A stretch of DNA of 64,000 nucleotides from Octopus vulgaris (Eukaryota): the NCBI GenBank assembly GCA_951406725.2, contig OX597823.1:67022001-67086000 (forward strand), written 5' to 3'. This document shows, piece by piece, positions 56,611 to 64,000 of the stretch. Positions within the stretch are counted from its first letter, which is position 1. The number at the start of each line of letters is the position of its first letter. Below the pieces are notes generated by a model. The model saw only the letters and a list, made by a program, of their open reading frames with translations, was not told the DNA's origin and did not search any database. The translations under genes and the position numbers were made by a program.

Positions 56611-56731
56611 TCTCTGACGAAGCCCAGAGGCACACCCAAGAACTTTATCGTATCTGCTAAATACTTCAGTTCACTGAAAGGATAGGAGTACAGTGATGTA
56701 CTATAATCTCTTGGCTGAAATAGCTGTAAGA
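56611..56731 (+). ncRNA. Hammerhead ribozyme motif with enlarged stem II
   Basis: TCT-CTGACGA-AGCCCAGAG...(about 78 nt)...CTCTTGGCT-GAAA-TAGCTG-TA-AGA. Confidence 0.7.
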
Positions 56732-57140
56732 TACTATTCTACTTCCTATGCTCTCCGTTATATATTTTAATAATTACTGGTATTCTTATATTTTTATATA
56801 TTATATATGTAAAGCAAAATGTTATATATGTATGTATACTGTTATAATGTTTTTTTTTTAAATAAATAGATAGACAGAATATAATGTCTAGAAGTTGATG
56901 AATACCACTTCTACATCCCCTCCATTTTCTTGTTCTATATATTAATGATAAAACAACTTTTTACTCTCACCTATTTATCACATTCAGTAGTGTAATTGCC
57001 ATGCAATGAAAAAACACTTGTGTATTAACAATTGGGTATTCTACCAGCAGTATATTGGATAGATATTATCCCCTGGTTGGTTGGACTGACAACCTCTAAC
57101 TCTCTTGGAATTACATATAAATATATATACATATGTATAC

Positions 57141-57247
<107 letters not shown>

Positions 57248-57261
57248 TATATACATACATG

Positions 57262-57315
<54 letters not shown>

Positions 57316-58500
57316 TTTGTTTTCATACTGAGTTAATTAAGCAAACTGTTTCATTTAATCAAAACTAATCAATCACGGATAAAGAAGTGTCAGAATAAAT
57401 TAAACAGTCATTTCCTTGTTAGTGTTTGACGAGGAAAATGAGATGCTCCAAGAATTTGATCACAAAATATATAAGGAAAACAGAAAACAAAGACAGAAAT
57501 GCAAGTTTAGGAAAAACAAGAACAGAAAATACATTAAAGATTTTTCTTGATAAAAAGCAATTAACTAATTTTGTTTGTTTTTTGTTTGTTTTTACAAAAG
57601 AATAACACAACTCTGCTTTTAAATGTTACTTGTGTACTGCCCGGTTCCTAAAGTGATTCTTCCGTTTTTAATCCACGTTTTCCTTTAGCCCCACATACAA
57701 TCATACATCGCACGTTCATATATCCAGCACATAACGCCTGAAATTACGTTGACACCACTGTTTAATATGTATTTATGTCATTTATTCTGAAAGTATGAAA
57801 GACAAGGTCAGCCACAGCGGAATGAGAATCCGATTGCTGAGATGGTCGAAATGAGACAAAGCATTTTATTTTCCCTGCTGTGCTAACTATTCTGCCAAGC
57901 CCGCAGCCATGTGTCAGGTTATGACAAAAGCATTTGGACATTAAGTTGAAAGCTTACTCAATACTTTTGGTAGAGTGCATATTTAGTATTTTTTAGCAAG
58001 AATATTATTGACAGCGAGTTCGTAGTTTCGGCATGTTGAGCCATCATTAGTCTGCCCGATGGTTGTTTTGAAGGCTGAATCTTCGAACGTCCAGCGAAAA
58101 AATATTCAATAAAAATAATAAATATGCATACATGTGTGTGTGTATGTGTATGTGTGCGCATGTGAGTGTTTGTGTACTTCGTTGAAATGTTTTAAATCAT
58201 ATCCAGCTAATGCTATTAATTTAACCACGAGTTATTCATGTATATGCTCATATATTAATACATGTATGTCTGGGTAGGTGCATGTTTGTGTGCCCGAGAT
58301 TATGTGCATGCGGAGATATGTACAACACTTTGACAATTTTTGATGTCTTGGCAGCTGAAGCAGCTAGAGATACGATATTGCAAGTAATATTACGTCAGTT
58401 TAGCATAACAGCAGCGATATATATTTATATACATCAGTATTTTCATATGACAATAAATAAATACATAAATATATATGTGTGTGTGTGTATGTATGTATAC

Positions 58501-58533
<33 letters not shown>

Positions 58534-59022
58534 TATAGGCAAAATGTAGTTGTAGCTAATGGTGCCTGTAAGTGTTTCAGGCATATCTATTGCTATAAAT
58601 ACGAGGTAAGCCACTTATAGCTGAGCAATATAATCCTATACTGCTTATATTGTGCCCAGGGTCCCCATATTAATTATATATATATATATACATATACATA
58701 CATACACACAGCGCACCCACACTAACACACTCACACACACCACACACACATAAATGTATATATATATATTCATGACTGTTTCATTTCTTTATGTATTAGC
58801 CTACGAGTATAGAAGCTACAAACAGTATGATACAATTGTGACCATCAATTGGATGGATCGTTGTACAGTTTTGGCCAACGCAAATTCACTCATAAGTACT
58901 GGATCGTCCTGGGGTTATAAGGAATGCACTTTTCCCAGACACACCCATCTCGTACCGAAAGCAGTACCTCATTGTTGCGAAGCAAGCCTTATACCCACAC
59001 ACTCCTGATTCCATATATGTCT

Positions 59023-59105
<83 letters not shown>

Positions 59106-59122
59106 GTGTATAAATTATATAT

Positions 59123-59229
59123 ATATTTCTGCAGACACTAGGAGCAACGTTGAATGAAATATGTATACAATCATGTCTAACCCTTTGTTATACACTCGTA
59201 CATGAGTAGAACTTTTACTGCAGAAATAT
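59123..59229. mobile_element. ~107-bp MITE-like unit with 12-bp TIRs; second copy at about 59639-59743
   Basis: ATATTTCTGCAG...CTGCAGAAATAT, embedded in (TA)n. Confidence 0.6.
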
Positions 59230-59561
59230 ATATATATATATATATTTGTGTGTGTATGTACGTATGTATTTGCGATTATATATAGATATTTATATATATA
59301 TATATGTATGTAAATGTGTGTGTACTAATTTGTAATCAGATGTAGAGCACTAAGAATGAATATATCGATTTTACAATAAAACTTCTGAGGCATGTATATG
59401 TGCATAATCAATATATTCCTTCTTTGTGAATGTTCTATATGTAATTAAAGTTTAATTACGACCATTTGCGTGTATATGTAAGAATACAGACATACATACA
59501 TATATATTATATAAATGCGCGTGTGTGTGTGTGTGTGCATGGTGTGTGCGTGTGTTCGAGG

Positions 59562-59631
<70 letters not shown>

Positions 59632-59947
59632 TGATAGAATTTTCTGCAGACGCTCGGAGCAATGTTGAATGAAATATGTATACAATCATCTTTATCCTAT
59701 TGTTATACACTCGAACATGAGTAGAACTTTTACTGCGGAAATATTCTCAAGCAGAAAAAGAACTGACCTCATAGTCACTGCGTGTGACAAGAAATTATCG
59801 GGCAAGGAATGACGTCATCGCATTTCTCCGTTGTACCTTTTCTCTACTATGACCGCTGAATCACATCTTAACAGCCTTATTGTGAGTCTACATACATACA
59901 CACAGTCATAAACACACATATAATCAAACACACATATACTCACACAC

Positions 59948-60033
<86 letters not shown>

Positions 60034-60046
60034 GGAAGGATGGAAG

Positions 60047-60087
<41 letters not shown>

Positions 60088-60088
60088 G

Positions 60089-60124
<36 letters not shown>

Positions 60125-60640
60125 AGGATGGATGAAAGTAATTAGGTCATGCATACATACAGCACATCGCCAAAACATCCAACAACATAGAAACATTAAT
60201 GCACACAGCTGTACGTACATACATACGTACATACATACATACATACATACATACATACATACATACATACATACATACATACATACATACGTACGTACGT
60301 ACATATGCATATATAGAAATATATTTGTATATGTGCACACACATTTATATACATATACACATACACACACAAAGCACTAGAGGGTAACGGAAAGAGGGAG
60401 ATACGATCGGTGCTGATACAGAAAAAGAAAATTTTAGTAAGATAATCATTTGCAGAGAAGCGCTCACACGTACACGCGCACATGCACATTTGCATATAAA
60501 CATCCAAACATTCATACACACACATACATACATACATACATACACACATACATACATACATACATACATGCATACATACATGCATACACACATACATACA
60601 TACATACATACATACATACATACATACATACATACATACA

Positions 60641-60671
<31 letters not shown>

Positions 60672-61520
60672 GTAGATACGTATGCACGTACATACATATA
60701 TACGCATGTGTAAAAATCAATTTCCTAAACATGGCATTATTACATCATTCATTTTGGTGTTAAATATCCTCTGCGTGAATACAATACCGCACTGGTGATT
60801 GTAGAACAATTACACTGGTACACTGGTTCAAATAATCAATCAACAATTCTATTTCTGGCTACTTTAGTAATACAAGGAAGTCTTAGAAGGAAGTACAAAT
60901 ATTTGAATGAAAGAGAGCTGTAACTTTTAAAGCTGGTTCGTAGTAAATACATCTGCAGTAGAATTGTAGTTATAATTGAAACGATATTGTTGTAGTAGGG
61001 GACATGTTGCTTTGAATCATTGAAGGATTTCCTTCCATTGTGACGTACTAGTGACTCATTCAATGAGAGTTAGGTCGACGATGTTCCCTCTGTTCACATA
61101 TTTGAATCACTACTCGATAAATTGTGGAGGTGCGTGGCTTAGTGGTTAGGGTGTCATCATCATGATATGTGGTTGACTTAGATCACAGATTATTGCGTCA
61201 GTTACCTTGAGAGGAACATTCATATAGACTTTTGCTTTTTAAAATCATGTTTAGTTATCTCATTTGCAGACAAGAACAGTCTGCTACGACTGTGGTAACT
61301 GCCAGGTCATGTGATTTCACCATTGCTTGAGGTCTTCGGTGACAGACTCCCAGGTGCGTCATAACTGCCGAAAATCTCAGTGATATATACGATATCAGTG
61401 TTTGTTCAGATTATCAAATAGCTTAATTGGCTTATTAAAAGATAATTAATAGTGACAGAAGCAATATGAATAACATACAGTAATCTTTATCTTCAACGTA
61501 ACGTGGAGTTCGTTACTTAC

Positions 61521-61588
61521 CTTCAGATGACCTCTCATATATCGTTGAAGGGTGATTACGCTAGTATGGTGTGATCGGATATCTGACA
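61521..61588 (-). CDS. Candidate 68-nt exon encoding an IQ-like motif
   Basis: ttttgtgatcttcAG| acceptor and AAG|gtaagt donor. The single open frame is SDIRSHHTSVITLQRYMRGHLK. Confidence 0.25.
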
Positions 61589-62469
61589 CTGAAGATCACA
61601 AAACACTACTACATCACGTGATTTGGCAGCTCCGGCGACCGCAGTTGATGATTCTCGCATGCCAACAATATAAGAGTGCTTTTAGTCACCATGAATCCAT
61701 ATGAGAGATCCTCTCAAGAAAAACATCACAGTATTCTGTATTCTGACCCAACCACCACGTTAAGATGCAGATAAAGATTACCTACACGTATTTTTCTCTC
61801 AACGTAATGATCAACATGCCCGAGACTATGCTGAAATACAAGTGCTAGATCATCATTGTAGTTAAATCGAACCTGAAACACGGTAGTTCCGAAGCGAACT
61901 TAGTAACCACCAGTTTGTACTTGCAGCTTATGTTCCTATATGTTCATGATCCACACTGTACTTTTATACACAACTTCATTTCCAATTTATAATTCAGAAA
62001 GAATATATGATTTATATAGAGCGACAATGATTTAATAAATCTTTTTTTTTTACGTTCTATTTGCCTTTGCATTTATCTCATTTTCTAAAAGTAATATACT
62101 TGGCAAGAATCACCTAGGAACTTATTAGGTATTTTGCCTTATCTTAAACACGCTTTAATTTTTGTTTTCCATTCCAATCTTTCTCTGTTTAATGATGAAT
62201 TGTAACGTTTATTGCAACTCCTGCAGTAAAAAAAAAAAATCTTCCTTCTTATTTCTCGTTTATTATATTTGTGTCCCTTATTTCGCTATTTGCTTCATGT
62301 TTTATTATATTTCTTCTGTGTCTTCTCCTAAATCACTTTCTTATATTTCCATCATCGCCTTCACCATTGACTTTATTGTCGCAGTTGTCATCACCGCCGC
62401 CATTGTCGCTCTCATCACCGTAATCATTATCATCAACAGCAACAATACCAGCGTATTATTATCAATGAT

Positions 62470-62890
62470 TGGAGACAGTATGCTTGCAGAATTGTTAGCA
62501 TGCCGGACAAATCGCTTTGTGGAATTTTGTCAGTCTTTACATTCTGAGTTCAAATTCCGCCGAGGTTACCTTTGCCTTTCATCCTATGTGTCAGTTGAGC
62601 AGTAGGGTCAACTTTCCTGTCGTTTGAAACTGCAGGCCGTGTGCCAGAATAAGAAAGGTTTATTAACACTGTGCTTAAAGCGATAAGTTGGATTAATCGT
62701 TACCGCACCGGAAAAAATGCTTCGCGGTGCTATTTTAGCTCTGTATATTCTGATTTCAAATTCCACCGAGATCAACTTTGCGTTTCTTCCTTTCGTAGTC
62801 GATAAAATCAGTACCAGTTGATCACTGAAGTTGATATAATCGACTAACTCCCCTCTCCACAAAATTTCTGACACTGTCAAAATTTGACAT
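62470..62890 (+). mobile_element. Two degenerate SINE family A copies
   Basis: TTCTGAGTTCAAATTCCGCCGAGGT...GCCTTTCATCC and TTCAAATTCCACCGAG...GTCGATAAAATCAGTACCAG. Confidence 0.75.
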
Positions 62891-64000
62891 CTTCATTAAC
62901 ACCGAGTTTGAGTTGTGGATTAGAGTCGCACAAAATGCTTTGTTGGCTTCCTATGAAGCGTTTAAAGGACTCACTTACTGTCTCTTCATGTTGTATTTTC
63001 TTGAGGGGGGAAATTGTGTACAAGGATAGGACGTGTAGAGTATGAGAAATACAGAAAGGAAAATGACGAGAGAATTAAAGCTAATATGCCAAGATCTCAT
63101 GGGTGGATATATTTATTATTCTCTACAATCAGTCTTAGTTTTGTTTTAATCTTTTACAGTAGATAAAATATTAACAATAAAGTATAGAAGTTACACTTCA
63201 AACTCCGACACACTGGAAGCGCGTGGTGTTGTATCGACGTAATCCAGTGGCTTTAACCATTTCTAGCTTAGTATCTTCTTTAACCCAAACAGTGTCTTGC
63301 AAATGATCCCACCCGATTGATTGCAAAAAAAGATCAGAGTAAAGATTATCATAATTAAACAGAAGGTAATTTTGCGCAGTTGTTTATTATCCATATGTTG
63401 TTATATATGGATGTACCACTTGTTAGTTGTCTCTACGGACTACAAACTCCTATGTGAAATATTTAGAAAAATTACTAAATGGAATTTGGCTCATCATGAA
63501 TAAAATCCCAGCTAACCCCGCTCATATTGTAACTACGACAAATTTTGTTAAACATGTATAAACAATGAGTATTGTGCCTGGTGTAAATGTATTTCTGAGA
63601 AAAATCATGACATCCCTAACACTCAACACTATCTACAAAGGGGCTTTGATATTTTATGTGTCTGTGAATTCGCATGCTCAGAATGTTTCGTTATTACTGA
63701 GGCTAGCATCCATTGATTTAAGCAACCATTATTTACACCAAATACAAAATAAAACACCTCACGGATTTCATTTGCATATATAGATATATTTGTTTGTAGC
63801 TCAATAACAAAATCCTTTACACGTGCACTTCATTATTAATTATTAAAGATCCTACACATGAATATGAATGCTTGTTCAATACTTAATGTAAGAAATAGCA
63901 GATGGTGGAGAGAAGTGAGAAATCTAAGCGAGTAGGTGATATAGTAGTAATACATTATTTGGCTAAATAGTTGAAGAAGGAATATTAAATTGGTAGCGAA

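Overview
AT-rich, microsatellite-saturated eukaryotic DNA. The SINE and repeat content suggests an octopod cephalopod (inference, not proven). No host protein-coding gene can be called confidently, and most listed ORFs are microsatellite artefacts. Recognisable content: (1) two 5'-truncated copies of an R4/Dong-type RLE non-LTR retrotransposon, both inside (TAA)n tracts and sharing the same stop codon and frameshift; (2) a decayed Penelope-like element (Naiad-type RT plus C-terminal GIY-YIG) next to (TA)n, with a 3' hammerhead ribozyme, an inverted terminal copy at its 5' junction, and an Asn-rich insert where the Cys linker is expected; (3) several small non-coding elements embedded in (TA)n that carry hammerhead-like cores and/or long palindromes, possibly a non-autonomous ribozyme-bearing retroelement system; (4) a solitary 5S rRNA copy; (5) three Tc1/mariner relics, many tRNA-derived SINEs (some with TSDs), a small TIR element pair and local duplications; (6) a few low-confidence candidate exons. 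All alignments and folds were done by eye.
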